In this document: positions 1-9,920 of the stretch, piece after piece
Numbering within the stretch: the first letter of the stretch is position 1
Layout of the letters: each line of letters begins with the position of its first letter
Position numbers and translations under genes: made by a program
The notes under the pieces: generated by a model
Seen by the model: only the letters and a program-made list of their open reading frames with translations
Database searches by the model: none
What the model was told of the DNA's origin: nothing
Source: a virus
Taxonomy: Duplodnaviria > Caudoviricetes
Reading direction: 5' to 3' (one strand)
DNA: 43,035 bases
IMG/VR virus record: IMGVR_UViG_3300030098_004559
Span: 1 to 43,035 of that record

Positions 1-907
1 TGTTACTTGCAAGATTAAATTGTATTGAGTCTGCAGCTCCGTCTAATGCTTTTAATTTAATTTGTCCATCAATATCTAAAGTTAAATGAGCAGCGGCAGC
101 ATCATCATCTACAGTAGACATGGTAGTTGCGCCATGAGTTGTTGTTTCTATTTTAAATATATCACCAGTATCCGCTGAATCGTTTATAGTAAATGTTTTA
201 CCATACAATCTTAAACCAGAATCTTCCAATATAGTGTGTCTAGCTTCATCTATTTTAAAAGTTATTTTTCCTAAATCAGCATCAGTACCAGCTGTCAAAG
301 TATTTATTACAACATTAGATAAAGATTTTCCACCTGAAGTATATGTTGTTTCTATTTTAAAACATTCAGTATCAGAAGCTCCTAATTGAAATGTCGGATT
401 GCCATCATTAACATTTCTAACAGATTTTAAATTAGTTCCATCATATACAAGCTTATCATCTTCTGAGCGTTTAAGTTCAAACTCTTGAGATTCATTGTTA
501 AAGCCTATTTGTCCTGGTTCTGTAGCGGGTAACGAAAACTTTAATGCACCTATTTGCCCTATATATCCTGGTGTTACCGTACCTGCAAGTGGAGTATTCT
601 GTATATCCTCTGCCTTAATTCCTTTGATGCTTTGTGCGCCCTTCATATTTACAGATCCACCAGGCTCTACAACTAAATTATTAGTTCTTACTTCTGATGA
701 AAATGTAGAGTCAGCTTGATTTGCAGTATCAAGTTTTTTACTATACCATTGATTGTTGTAATAAGTAAACTCATACAACCCCTTTCCTTCTATAAATTTA
801 GTAACCGAATGACCTTGGCGTGCCTCTTCTTTTTTAGGGTAGCCTTTGTCAATTTTACCTTTTTGGGTTTTTAAGTGGTCTAGTCTACGTTGTCTTCTAT
901 TTGACAC
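1..907 (-). CDS. Tail fibre/virion structural protein, N-terminal part (runs off the window start; probably continues at 43035)
   Basis: Hand translation from GTG at 907 (VSNRRQRRLDHLKTQKGKIDKGYP...) is open to position 1. It overlaps the stop of the 1400-aa tail gene and contains the HGATT...L.LDIDG repeat also seen at 42870-43035. Confidence 0.75.
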   Translation of the reverse strand, partial: MSNRRQRRLDHLKTQKGKIDKGYPKKEEARQGHSVTKFIEGKGLYEFTYYNNQWYSKKLDTANQADSTFSSEVRTNNLVVEPGGSVNMKGAQSIKGIKAEDIQNTPLAGTVTPGYIGQIGALKFSLPATEPGQIGFNNESQEFELKRSEDDKLVYDGTNLKSVRNVNDGNPTFQLGASDTECFKIETTYTSGGKSLSNVVINTLTAGTDADLGKITFKIDEARHTILEDSGLRLYGKTFTINDSADTGDIFKIETTTHGATTMSTVDDDAAAAHLTLDIDGQIKLKALDGAADSIQFNLASN

Positions 908-3900
908 TCTTATACCTATAGACTATACTTATATCATTTATTTGAAAATCTTCAGGTACTATGCCATCGCTAAATATTCTCAAAGCAAAACTATATATAT
1001 TGTTAGTTTGACTAGAGGTGTTAGGTTTTAATTCTGCTGTTGCCCACGCTCCACTAGTACTTGCAAGTTCATTACTTGTAAAATTAGTTCCGTTAGCAAA
1101 AAGTTTATCAAATGCTGTTCCTTGATTAGTATCGAACTTAACAGACACGTTAGTAGTTGCAGATGATTTATAATTAATTCTTACTAAATGTATTTTCTTC
1201 CGAACACCAGGTCTATCAAAGTCGTGAAATTTAGTTTGCAAATCTACGCCACCCGATGCATGTCCTGCTGTAGTAGATGTGCTGTCATCAAAATTATCTA
1301 TGGTAAATACGTATTCATTAGAGTTGTCATCGCTTATCCAAACAGGCTGACCATTTACTGTATCTAGCACTACATTAGTATGACCGTATTGTGCACTTAA
1401 ATCTACACCATCTACAGTTTTTGATACTGTTTGCGAAGGTATGTCTACTATATAAGAATCTGCTTTAGTATCACTAGCATCTGTCTTAGCAACTACAACT
1501 TGATCCATCGAAGAAATGTATATACAGACTAAATTACTGCCATCACCAGCAAATGTATTCCAGTCTGTTTCGTTAACCTTACCAATTAGGTTTAAAGGCT
1601 CTCCCTCACCACCATATAAATATATACCACCTCTATTTGCAAACAACACACCAACATCAGATTTGACTACTGCTTGTCTACTTTGTACACCTAAATGCTG
1701 AAAAGAATCTTCTAAATACTCTAATTCACCTGCTATGTTTATTATATGTAATGTGTTTTGTTTAAACTGTAATAATCTATCATTAAAAGATTCTAATGCA
1801 ACAATGCTTTCACCATCATCTACAGTTACATCTATAAAATTATCAGATGGAAATATGTCATAGTTGTTAGGTAATGACTTAAGTATTCTGTCTGGAAAAG
1901 CTCTTTTTTGTTGTTTAGAGGTTACTATAGAGCTATTAGTTGCTTGGTATGGAGTTGCAACATATGCTATGCCATTGTTAAATGTTATGTTTTTAAAGTT
2001 AGCCATTATAGTATCTGTTGTATGTGAATAACCAGCAGATGACTCAAACACATCAACAACTGGTGGAGAAGTAGACAATATGTCCTCCCTTACAGTAGTA
2101 GTGCTTGTATCTGTATCAACACAAATAAGATTAGAATTAAGAGGGTCAACACTCCATGCTTCATAAGTTTCAGTACCTGCAAGTTTAAACCCTAAATCAA
2201 AATCTAATTCCCCTAATAAAAAGAACCTACCGTCTAATGTAGAGTCTTCTTCAGAACTTACTTTTGAATAATATATTCTTGCTTTATCAATTCTATAACC
2301 AGAAAGACCTAACTCCGACGCAATTCCCCATCCACCACCTTGTGCTTCTGGAGACCAAAAGTTAAAATACATTGCTTGTTTATTAGCTTTTACAGTACCA
2401 GGAAATGTAAACAATTTACTTTCTTGTTTTCCATCATACACCCAGCTATAATGAAACTTATATTCTCCATTCCATTGCCCTTCTGCTAAATCGCCATATC
2501 TAATATTGCATATAGCTCCTGCGGGGTCAACAACCTTGGAAACTTTTTTCAAGCTAGAACTACTAGTTATAGACCCATAAAAAGCAGTTTCACGACCACC
2601 ACTTTTTATAATACTGCTAGCCCATATATTTTGATGGTCATGTGGCCTAGTTACATAAAGTCTGTTGTTAGAATGGTCTGCTTCTACAACTGACACCCAT
2701 TCATCATCTACATCTTCAGAAGTTATATTGCCATCTTTACTTACAAATAACATATCACCTACGACAAAGTCTCCATCCGAAAAAGCAGTATCTAAGTTTA
2801 ACTGCCTATAATGATTTGTAACTGTTGCCCCACTACCAGAGGGAGCAGTTGTTTCGCTACCTATTTCATACTCAGTTCCATCTAATAATAAATTATAATC
2901 ATGTCCCGTAGGAGGGTCATCACTAGAGCTAGTATGTGAAGGAATATCACCTTTTGTAGTTAAATGAAAAACTACTGCAAACTTTTTTATGTCAGTCATG
3001 TCAGGGTTGTAAAGCATTTCATTAAATGTTTTAGTATTTACTGTAATAGTTTGCCAGCCAGCAGACAAGCCTGTTGGAGGGACATTATAAACAAAAGATT
3101 GAATATGTTCTTTTTGGTCCCAAAAATTTTCAGGATGCATTGTGCTTCCTAAATGAATATCAATACCTTTTACTGTGTCGATACGTGTATACATGTAATC
3201 ACTTATATACAACTCAAACATTATGGTTTGTTGCGAAGGCAGAGTTATGTTTAAAGGACTATTTGCTGTAGTAGATGCGGTTCCACCTGTGCCACCTTGA
3301 TAATCGTAATCTGAATGATATTGTATTATAATATATTTTTCATCGTTTTCATTTGTTACGTTATTTTTAACAAAAGAATAAGCACCAATACATGAATCAG
3401 GAGACGTTCCATTTTGGGTAGCAGCATCTAACAAAGCTTTTCTAAATGAAGCGCCCCTATTATACTTATAAGCATCTTGATCAGTTCCAGATTTACCTGC
3501 AAACCAGCCATCAGGGTCAGCACCATTTTCCCACATTGTTTGGTCTCTACCAGAGTCAGCTGTTCTAGCCATCATAGTTAGATAACCGTCAGTCAATGTT
3601 GGGGTTGTTGTATGTTGTGTGACTAAATTACCTTTATACGGTGGATGTATATCCATAAGTGTTAATCGCCAATCACCTAACACTTTAAAGCCTACGCCAC
3701 CATTAGACTCAGCACCACCAAATATATTTTTTTCTATATATCCCCACCAATAATTACTTAACAAATTAGATAAATGATTGTTTTTAAAATTAGTATCTAT
3801 TAAACGTATAGCAGTGTCAACATTGTATAACATCATCTCTGCGCCTGTTTTTGTTGCTAGGGTACCATCACCACTAGCGTCTATAGAAAGTTGCTGTATA

Positions 3901-5099
3901 ATGCCATATGCGGTCCCATAGCTACTACCATGTGTATTAATAAGGGTCCACTCACCAGTTTCATAGCTATATCTGTTCAAAGTATTGTTTTCATTATTAA
4001 ATACTACTAGATTAGCTTCACCTTCAGTAGTTGATGTGGCGGTTGCTTCTTCACCAGATATTGGCTCCCAAACAGATTGTTTTAATGAAACACTATCAAT
4101 TACCACATCGTTTAATGAGTCGTCTCCAAATATAATAAAGTTTGACCAAGGCACATTGTCATCAGCAGTCATGCTTCCAGACTGTATTACTGCATTAATT
4201 ACTTGGCTGCTTTGGTCGTTAACATCAAAAGAAGTAAAGTTCCCTAGTAAACCTACACGTAGATTTCCTGCAGATATATCAGTGCCTGACCCTGTAAATG
4301 TAATTTTTATTGAATAAAAAGAATCTGGCTCCCAAGTTACTGCATTTTGAGACTCTTTTTGATACATACCATTTTGCCATTCTGTTGCAGAATTTGCATC
4401 ATTATCAAATTCTAAGTTACCTCCATTAACAGTCCAGTTAGCAGTTCCTCCACTTGTATTTAATGTTGTCCATGTAGATGAAAAGTCAGAGCCATTTGTT
4501 AATGTTTCAGGCTGCTGAGTGCCTGAAGTAAGCTCTCCTAAAACTAAACCAGTCGAAGTTGAATTGTCACCTGCCGCAGTGTCAGCTTTAAACAAAGTTC
4601 TTGCATAAGCACCTTGTCCACTAATTCCGTCTGCTAATGCACCCCACTTGACTACAACACAATAAATGTGGTCTGGATCAGAACCCTTATCTTCAACTTC
4701 TACAACTCTAAGTATAGTGTATGCCCCATTCATCCACACGCCATCATCTGCATTAATTCTTGGGCTTAAGTATTTTCCGTGATATGATGAGTCTGCAATA
4801 CTATGCCTAACTTTTAATAATATTCTAGCTTGTTTATTATCTGAATTAATAAAACCTAATCCATAACCGTTTTTAAAAGATATGTTGCCACTATCTAACC
4901 AAGAAGGTGATATGTACTCTGGTATAGTTGTTGTGCCATCTGATGCTCTTTCTGAGCGTGTAGATAATCGTATTTTGCCAGGCTTATCAAACATTACGCC
5001 TTTAGCTTCTATAAACTCGTTATCTTGGATATCTTTAGAATCAAATTTAGTATTCAGTCCACCTGAAAAATCTTTTAGCTCTTTTATTTGTTTAGGCAT
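897..5099 (-). CDS. Large tail protein (tail tube/nozzle, P22 gp10/T7 gp12-like) with inserted beta-rich domains
   Basis: 1400 aa. N-terminal ELKDFSGGLNTKFDSKDI motif and a beta-propeller-like C-terminal region typical of podophage tail stabilisation proteins; located downstream of capsid and adaptor genes. Confidence 0.7.
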   Translation of the reverse strand: MPKQIKELKDFSGGLNTKFDSKDIQDNEFIEAKGVMFDKPGKIRLSTRSERASDGTTTIPEYISPSWLDSGNISFKNGYGLGFINSDNKQARILLKVRHSIADSSYHGKYLSPRINADDGVWMNGAYTILRVVEVEDKGSDPDHIYCVVVKWGALADGISGQGAYARTLFKADTAAGDNSTSTGLVLGELTSGTQQPETLTNGSDFSSTWTTLNTSGGTANWTVNGGNLEFDNDANSATEWQNGMYQKESQNAVTWEPDSFYSIKITFTGSGTDISAGNLRVGLLGNFTSFDVNDQSSQVINAVIQSGSMTADDNVPWSNFIIFGDDSLNDVVIDSVSLKQSVWEPISGEEATATSTTEGEANLVVFNNENNTLNRYSYETGEWTLINTHGSSYGTAYGIIQQLSIDASGDGTLATKTGAEMMLYNVDTAIRLIDTNFKNNHLSNLLSNYWWGYIEKNIFGGAESNGGVGFKVLGDWRLTLMDIHPPYKGNLVTQHTTTPTLTDGYLTMMARTADSGRDQTMWENGADPDGWFAGKSGTDQDAYKYNRGASFRKALLDAATQNGTSPDSCIGAYSFVKNNVTNENDEKYIIIQYHSDYDYQGGTGGTASTTANSPLNITLPSQQTIMFELYISDYMYTRIDTVKGIDIHLGSTMHPENFWDQKEHIQSFVYNVPPTGLSAGWQTITVNTKTFNEMLYNPDMTDIKKFAVVFHLTTKGDIPSHTSSSDDPPTGHDYNLLLDGTEYEIGSETTAPSGSGATVTNHYRQLNLDTAFSDGDFVVGDMLFVSKDGNITSEDVDDEWVSVVEADHSNNRLYVTRPHDHQNIWASSIIKSGGRETAFYGSITSSSSLKKVSKVVDPAGAICNIRYGDLAEGQWNGEYKFHYSWVYDGKQESKLFTFPGTVKANKQAMYFNFWSPEAQGGGWGIASELGLSGYRIDKARIYYSKVSSEEDSTLDGRFFLLGELDFDLGFKLAGTETYEAWSVDPLNSNLICVDTDTSTTTVREDILSTSPPVVDVFESSAGYSHTTDTIMANFKNITFNNGIAYVATPYQATNSSIVTSKQQKRAFPDRILKSLPNNYDIFPSDNFIDVTVDDGESIVALESFNDRLLQFKQNTLHIINIAGELEYLEDSFQHLGVQSRQAVVKSDVGVLFANRGGIYLYGGEGEPLNLIGKVNETDWNTFAGDGSNLVCIYISSMDQVVVAKTDASDTKADSYIVDIPSQTVSKTVDGVDLSAQYGHTNVVLDTVNGQPVWISDDNSNEYVFTIDNFDDSTSTTAGHASGGVDLQTKFHDFDRPGVRKKIHLVRINYKSSATTNVSVKFDTNQGTAFDKLFANGTNFTSNELASTSGAWATAELKPNTSSQTNNIYSFALRIFSDGIVPEDFQINDISIVYRYKSVK

Positions 5100-5108
5100 T
5101 TATAATCC

Positions 5109-5939
5109 TTATTGAGCTTGTTCTTGCCCATATTGTGCTAATCCAGCAGCTTGTATAGCTCCTTTATACATACCCGATAAGTTTTGTATATTTTGTTGTA
5201 ATGATTGTTTTTCTGTTAACAATGTTTGTACCCTTGCAAGTTCTGCTTGAGCAGCTGCAGATGTAGACTGTACCATTTCTGGGTCCTCATCATTTAGCCA
5301 ATATAACATTGATTCAGCCGTACCACCACCGCCACTTACATCATCTAATTGTGTGTCAAATAGTAATTTAGCATTATCCATTGCATCTTTAATTTCTGTA
5401 TCTATGTTAGATATTAAATGATTTCCACATCTTACGGCAGCACCATAAACTACTGCATACTCTAGTTCATCTGGAAATGTTGATATTGATGATTCGCCAT
5501 GAAAGTCTCCTGATGGATAATTAGCATAAGTATATTTAAAAGCATTTGGGCTAGCACCAGGGGCTGGGTAAACATATATCTTAGCATCTCTACGTATAAA
5601 CACTGGGTTTTGTTTAGTAGCAAAAAACGGACTACTCGCATTTTGAACTTTAGTTTCAAAGTTAAGACCCATTTCTTTACACTCTACAAAGTCACCATCA
5701 ACGCCGCTTTCCCTTAATACTTGAAGTATTTTCATATTAGGATTAGCTTGACCATTAGATGTTATTTCTCCAGATGTTTGTGTGAAGTTGTGCATCATAT
5801 GTGGAGGTGCCATATTAATTATTTCATATATAGCCTCTCTAAGGGCATCATTAATAGCTACTGTATCACTAGAACCACTTTTATAAACTGTTTCTACTGT
5901 ACCTACTAAGTCTTCTATTCTTGTTTGAAATGTTGCCAT
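5109..5939 (-). CDS. Head-tail adaptor / tail tubular protein A-like
   Basis: 276 aa with KIYVYPAP and FPDELEYAVVYGAA motifs typical of phage adaptor proteins; synteny. Confidence 0.6.
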   Translation of the reverse strand: MATFQTRIEDLVGTVETVYKSGSSDTVAINDALREAIYEIINMAPPHMMHNFTQTSGEITSNGQANPNMKILQVLRESGVDGDFVECKEMGLNFETKVQNASSPFFATKQNPVFIRRDAKIYVYPAPGASPNAFKYTYANYPSGDFHGESSISTFPDELEYAVVYGAAVRCGNHLISNIDTEIKDAMDNAKLLFDTQLDDVSGGGGTAESMLYWLNDEDPEMVQSTSAAAQAELARVQTLLTEKQSLQQNIQNLSGMYKGAIQAAGLAQYGQEQAQ

Positions 5940-6887
5940 CTAAATAAAATCCTGTAATGGAGCAGGCAGTATGTCTTGCATAGCCTCTTTGCTCCTGTTA
6001 ATTTTCATAAACTCTTCTTCTATTGAGTTAGCAAGGTTTCTATGAGGGCCTCCTAAGTCTAATTTAGAAGTTAAAAAATAAATATCTGCAAATGTATAAT
6101 GCATTGCAGCTGTTATAAGTTGGTCTGGTAGATCAATCTTAGTTTTATTACTACTCTTATGTTCAGGCAAAGCATAGTAATATACAGTAATTGTTTCTGT
6201 AGTAGGCTTATTAAAGTATATCTTTCTAGTATCTTCTAACCATTTACCAGATATTGTATCACTAGCAAAAGCCGCTGCAGCTGTAGCATCACTTGTTACT
6301 GTTACAGTAAATGTATTAGCATCAGCTGTTGTTAAAACTTTAAATCTTTTTTGATTTACAAACTCATCATAATAATTTTGATTAGCTGGGACTGAACCAC
6401 TACCAGCTGCTAAAATTTCAGAAAGAATTACATAATCACCTACATCTAAGCCATGTGCAGTAGATGTTACTGTTAATGTATTATTGCTACCAGATGCACT
6501 TCCAAACACACTACTGTCAGCCATGTCGCCCCTAGATATATCAGTCTTTAAATAATAACCTATTTGTGGGGTATTGTCATCTGTTCCAGTTAGCACAGAG
6601 CTTTCTGGTACAAATGGTATAGCCGCCCTATCTCCATTATCATCTACTCTTTCTACTTTAAATACTTGGCTAGTAAATTTGTTAGATTGTATATCTGGAT
6701 TAGTAAAAGCAATATTAGTACCACTAACTGCAAGAGCTTCTGAGTTTATTTTTTGACTACATCGCAATGACACATTAACTACATGGTCATCAAAAAACTG
6801 CGCAATTAAAGGTTCTGTTGTAGGAAATGGCAGGTTGTTAGACATTAAAGCCGTACTTATTAAGTCATATGCTTCTAAATATCTCAC
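5940..6887 (-). CDS. Adaptor-like virion protein with inserted small beta-barrel (E1 FCCH-like) domain
   Basis: 315 aa. Insert TVTSTAHGLDVGDYVIL...ANTFTV; adaptor-like C-terminus (YYYALP...IDLPDQL..AAMHY). Confidence 0.55.
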   Translation of the reverse strand: MRYLEAYDLISTALMSNNLPFPTTEPLIAQFFDDHVVNVSLRCSQKINSEALAVSGTNIAFTNPDIQSNKFTSQVFKVERVDDNGDRAAIPFVPESSVLTGTDDNTPQIGYYLKTDISRGDMADSSVFGSASGSNNTLTVTSTAHGLDVGDYVILSEILAAGSGSVPANQNYYDEFVNQKRFKVLTTADANTFTVTVTSDATAAAAFASDTISGKWLEDTRKIYFNKPTTETITVYYYALPEHKSSNKTKIDLPDQLITAAMHYTFADIYFLTSKLDLGGPHRNLANSIEEEFMKINRSKEAMQDILPAPLQDFI

Positions 6888-7003
6888 TAGTATTTTACCC
6901 TAGATACTTTAATTTTCTTTTTAACCTTTCTTTTCCTTTTTGTCTTTTTAGTTTTTTTAGGCCTACCTTTTTTACTTCCGTATGTTCCTTTTCCGTATGG
7001 CAT
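6887..7003 (-). CDS. Small highly basic protein (38 aa)
   Basis: Hand translation MPYGKGTYGSKKGRPKKTKKTKRKRKVKKKIKVSRVKY. AGGAG Shine-Dalgarno upstream; TAG overlaps the next GTG start. Confidence 0.7.
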   Translation of the reverse strand: MPYGKGTYGSKKGRPKKTKKTKRKRKVKKKIKVSRVKY

Positions 7004-7014
7004 ATTTATCTCCT

Positions 7015-7188
7015 TTATTTACCAACTTTTTTCATTGCAGCCTTATGCGATGCTGTAAAAGTTTTACCTTTTTTCATCATAGCTACCATACTTTTTATAT
7101 GTTTTGCAGTATGATGTTTACTATGTTTTTTCATTGCAGTTTGCTGTCTTTTGTTTAACATTGATACATTTACATTTTTTATTTTCAT
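7015..7188 (-). CDS. Small basic His/Met/Lys-rich protein (57 aa)
   Basis: Hand translation MKIKNVNVSMLNKRQQTAMKKHSKHHTAKHIKSMVAMMKKGKTFTASHKAAMKKVGK; fills the gap between neighbours exactly. Confidence 0.7.
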   Translation of the reverse strand: MKIKNVNVSMLNKRQQTAMKKHSKHHTAKHIKSMVAMMKKGKTFTASHKAAMKKVGK

Positions 7189-7192
7189 TTTA

Positions 7193-7483
7193 TTACCATT
7201 TAACTTTGTTAGCCCAATATGCGGCTGACATTTTACCTTTAGCTATATTTTTACGGTGCCTAGCTTTAAAAGACTTTCTTCTAGCTTTTTGACGAGCTGA
7301 TTCGCCCGCCTTTGGTTTACCTGCTGTCTTAACACCTTGTTGTCCAAATCTTATTGTTTTTATTTGACCGCCGCTTTTAGCAACAACTATATGGCTTTTT
7401 GTTTTATGACCTGGGGTTCTTTTAGGTTTATTATACCCTGACACACCAGCTCTTTTTAATCTTGAATCTTTTTTTGCAGCCAT
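7193..7483 (-). CDS. Conserved small basic phage protein (96 aa)
   Basis: K/R-rich with IRFGQQG, RRKSFKARH and SAAYWANKVKW motifs, a type I recall from aquatic phages; function unknown. Confidence 0.75.
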   Translation of the reverse strand: MAAKKDSRLKRAGVSGYNKPKRTPGHKTKSHIVVAKSGGQIKTIRFGQQGVKTAGKPKAGESARQKARRKSFKARHRKNIAKGKMSAAYWANKVKW

Positions 7484-7500
7484 TATTTACCCTTTATTAG

Positions 7501-7526
7501 TATGGGGGACCCGAAAGCCCCCCATA
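7501..7526 (-). terminator. UUCG-tetraloop hairpin after the capsid gene (terminator or mRNA-stabilising stem)
   Basis: Minus strand ATGGGGGGCT-TTCG-GGTCCCCCAT, 14 nt after the MCP stop; no U-tract follows. Confidence 0.55.
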
Positions 7527-7539
7527 AGTTAATCAACTT

Positions 7540-9048
7540 TTAAGTTAATTTCAAGATAGCATGTGTTTGTTCGTTACGAATTTCACAACCAACTTCCATT
7601 AACCATTCATCAACTCTAGCATCTCTACCATCGTTGACTACATCTGATCTAAGCTGCATGTCTCTTGATGCAAGAGGTCTTAAGTCTACGTTAGCCATAT
7701 CAACAGCTAGCGCAAAATCCTCGTATGCACCTTTTAACATTGGATGCGGTACAAAGTTAAGAACCCCTACAGGACCTTGATACTTTGTTACTTGCAATCC
7801 AGCAGTAGCATTTGCTATTCCTGAATCAATGTTTAAAGTAGCTCCATTAGAAGCTACAGGAGTTCCTGTTGGACCAATACCTTGTCTACCAAGAGCTGTA
7901 ATAAATCTTAGCCATTTGTTAGAACAAAGAACTGTTTTTTCCATAGAACCTTCCATCATATCAGAAAAGATATATTCTACAGCAGCATCCATTTCATCTA
8001 AGCCTGCAGCATTAAAGTCTAGCTGTAGGTTAGAATCACCACGACCATCTAAAGATTTGATAACACCAGCACCTGCTGAGCCACCAATACCAAATCCTGC
8101 AAATGTTCGTTTTGGATTTTCAGATGTTGGGTCTAAACTAATATCACCATTTGTTAATAATGCAAACTCGATATCTGATTTAATTTTAGCAAGTTTTCTA
8201 GCTTGTAGCCTTGCTAGTTCAGAGCCACCGTAATGCTGTGAAGCATCCGCTGTACCAGTAATAGAGTAAGGCTCTCTGAAGATTTGAGTACAATTCTTCA
8301 ACCGTCTAACTCTTTTTCTAGTCTCTTCACCAATTGCTGCACCTTCAGCATATGTACCTAGTCCACCTTCTAGATTAAACTCTTTATCATCAACAAACGC
8401 AGTTTCTGCTTGGAATAATCCTTGGGCACCAAAATTAGCACCACCATCATAAGTTCCAGCAGTTCCTACGTATGTAAGAGTTAATACACCAGCAGCATCA
8501 ACAGTAATCATGTCAGTGCCATCTGCAACTTGCTCGACTTGATAAACAGTAGCGTCACTTGATTTTACGTGACATCCAATAAACTGTACGTGTCTTGATG
8601 TTGCACTAGTTATGTTTACTTTTTCACCTATTGCTACGCAAATAAAGTGTGTTATATCAGTATGTATTGCAGCAGATCCGCCAGCAACTGAAGCAGCGTA
8701 TAGTCCACCTACTTCAAACATTTCTAAAGCAGCTTGCTTGTCAAATTTTACAACTGAATTATGTCCATTAATACCGCCAGTAGCTGTGTCAGTTACATTA
8801 ACAGTAGCAGAATCAGCACCTTCAGTTATAATGTCTTGTTTGATTGATTTTTTAATCATATACTCATCTTCCATCCACTCAAATATTGGCACAGGAGTCA
8901 CAACAGTTGACATACGACCCATTAGTGTCAATAAAGGAGTAACAGAAGGATTGTAGTAATGAATCTTAGAACCGAGTTCGAGTACCTGACGTTGTTCGCC
9001 GCTAGCAAACTGTAAGGCTGAACCAGTTCCGTATGTTGTATTAGCCAT
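7540..9048 (-). CDS. Major capsid protein (DUF5309/SU10-type)
   Basis: 502 aa with TPLLTLM..., FEWMEDE, NCTQIFREPYSITGT, KSDIEFALL and E..HA motifs; follows portal and scaffold. Confidence 0.85.
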   Translation of the reverse strand: MANTTYGTGSALQFASGEQRQVLELGSKIHYYNPSVTPLLTLMGRMSTVVTPVPIFEWMEDEYMIKKSIKQDIITEGADSATVNVTDTATGGINGHNSVVKFDKQAALEMFEVGGLYAASVAGGSAAIHTDITHFICVAIGEKVNITSATSRHVQFIGCHVKSSDATVYQVEQVADGTDMITVDAAGVLTLTYVGTAGTYDGGANFGAQGLFQAETAFVDDKEFNLEGGLGTYAEGAAIGEETRKRVRRLKNCTQIFREPYSITGTADASQHYGGSELARLQARKLAKIKSDIEFALLTNGDISLDPTSENPKRTFAGFGIGGSAGAGVIKSLDGRGDSNLQLDFNAAGLDEMDAAVEYIFSDMMEGSMEKTVLCSNKWLRFITALGRQGIGPTGTPVASNGATLNIDSGIANATAGLQVTKYQGPVGVLNFVPHPMLKGAYEDFALAVDMANVDLRPLASRDMQLRSDVVNDGRDARVDEWLMEVGCEIRNEQTHAILKLT

Positions 9049-9079
9049 GTTCGTTACCTATTTCCTTATTGTTATTTTA

Positions 9080-9895
9080 TTATCTACTAAACTTCATAAG
9101 GCCTTTGAAAAAATCATCCTTTTCTTTATCTGTAGTCTTACCTTGAGGAGGCGTAGATCCAGATACAGCAACTGCACTTGTTTTCTTTTGTGCAACTGGG
9201 ACAGGATTTCCAGAGTCCTTAGCCTTTAAGAAACGAAAGATTTCAACAAGATTTTCTTCAGTAACATTAGCGTCATCTGACATAAAAGAATCGTATTCTC
9301 TTATTTCATCGTCGCTCATGCCCATAGCTCTTAATTTAAGAACTCTGTCTTTAGCTGACCTTTCTTGTTGCATTTCTGTACGCAAAGCATTTACTTCTGC
9401 TCTTGCAGCCGTTCTACCTTGCTCGACTAAATACTGGTTATAGTTTTGTCGCCATTCATATGAAGATGTGCCTGGAGTATCTTCGTCAAACGAATCATAA
9501 TCTTCAGGTTTTGCAGGAGGTCCAGTTAAAGTTTCTTGCATTTTGCTTACTTCACCTTTCATTGCTTGTACAACATTAGGGTTTTCCCTTAGAAAAGCAT
9601 CAAGCTTTTTAAGCTTTTCATAATCTTCTCCAGGTTTTTCTTTATCATACTTGCTTTGAAGGTTTTTATAAGAGTCGACAAGTTTCTTCCTTCCCTCTTC
9701 TGTGTCTTCAAATTTATTGTCGATTAGCCAGTTTTTAGCATTTGACAGTTCTTCTTGAGTTTCTTTTTGGTTTTCAACAGTTTCTTGAACCTCTTCAGAG
9801 CTCGGAGTATTAAATTCATTAAGGTCTCCCAAAACGTCTACTACCTCAGAGTTATCTGTTTGTTCTTGATTTTGTTGTTGGTCATTTGTTTCCAT
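9080..9895 (-). CDS. Capsid scaffolding protein
   Basis: 271 aa, acidic and helical, with an SYKNLQSK motif; lies between portal and MCP. Confidence 0.7.
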   Translation of the reverse strand: METNDQQQNQEQTDNSEVVDVLGDLNEFNTPSSEEVQETVENQKETQEELSNAKNWLIDNKFEDTEEGRKKLVDSYKNLQSKYDKEKPGEDYEKLKKLDAFLRENPNVVQAMKGEVSKMQETLTGPPAKPEDYDSFDEDTPGTSSYEWRQNYNQYLVEQGRTAARAEVNALRTEMQQERSAKDRVLKLRAMGMSDDEIREYDSFMSDDANVTEENLVEIFRFLKAKDSGNPVPVAQKKTSAVAVSGSTPPQGKTTDKEKDDFFKGLMKFSR

Positions 9896-9920
9896 GTTAC
9901 GATGCTCCTTATTTTATAAG

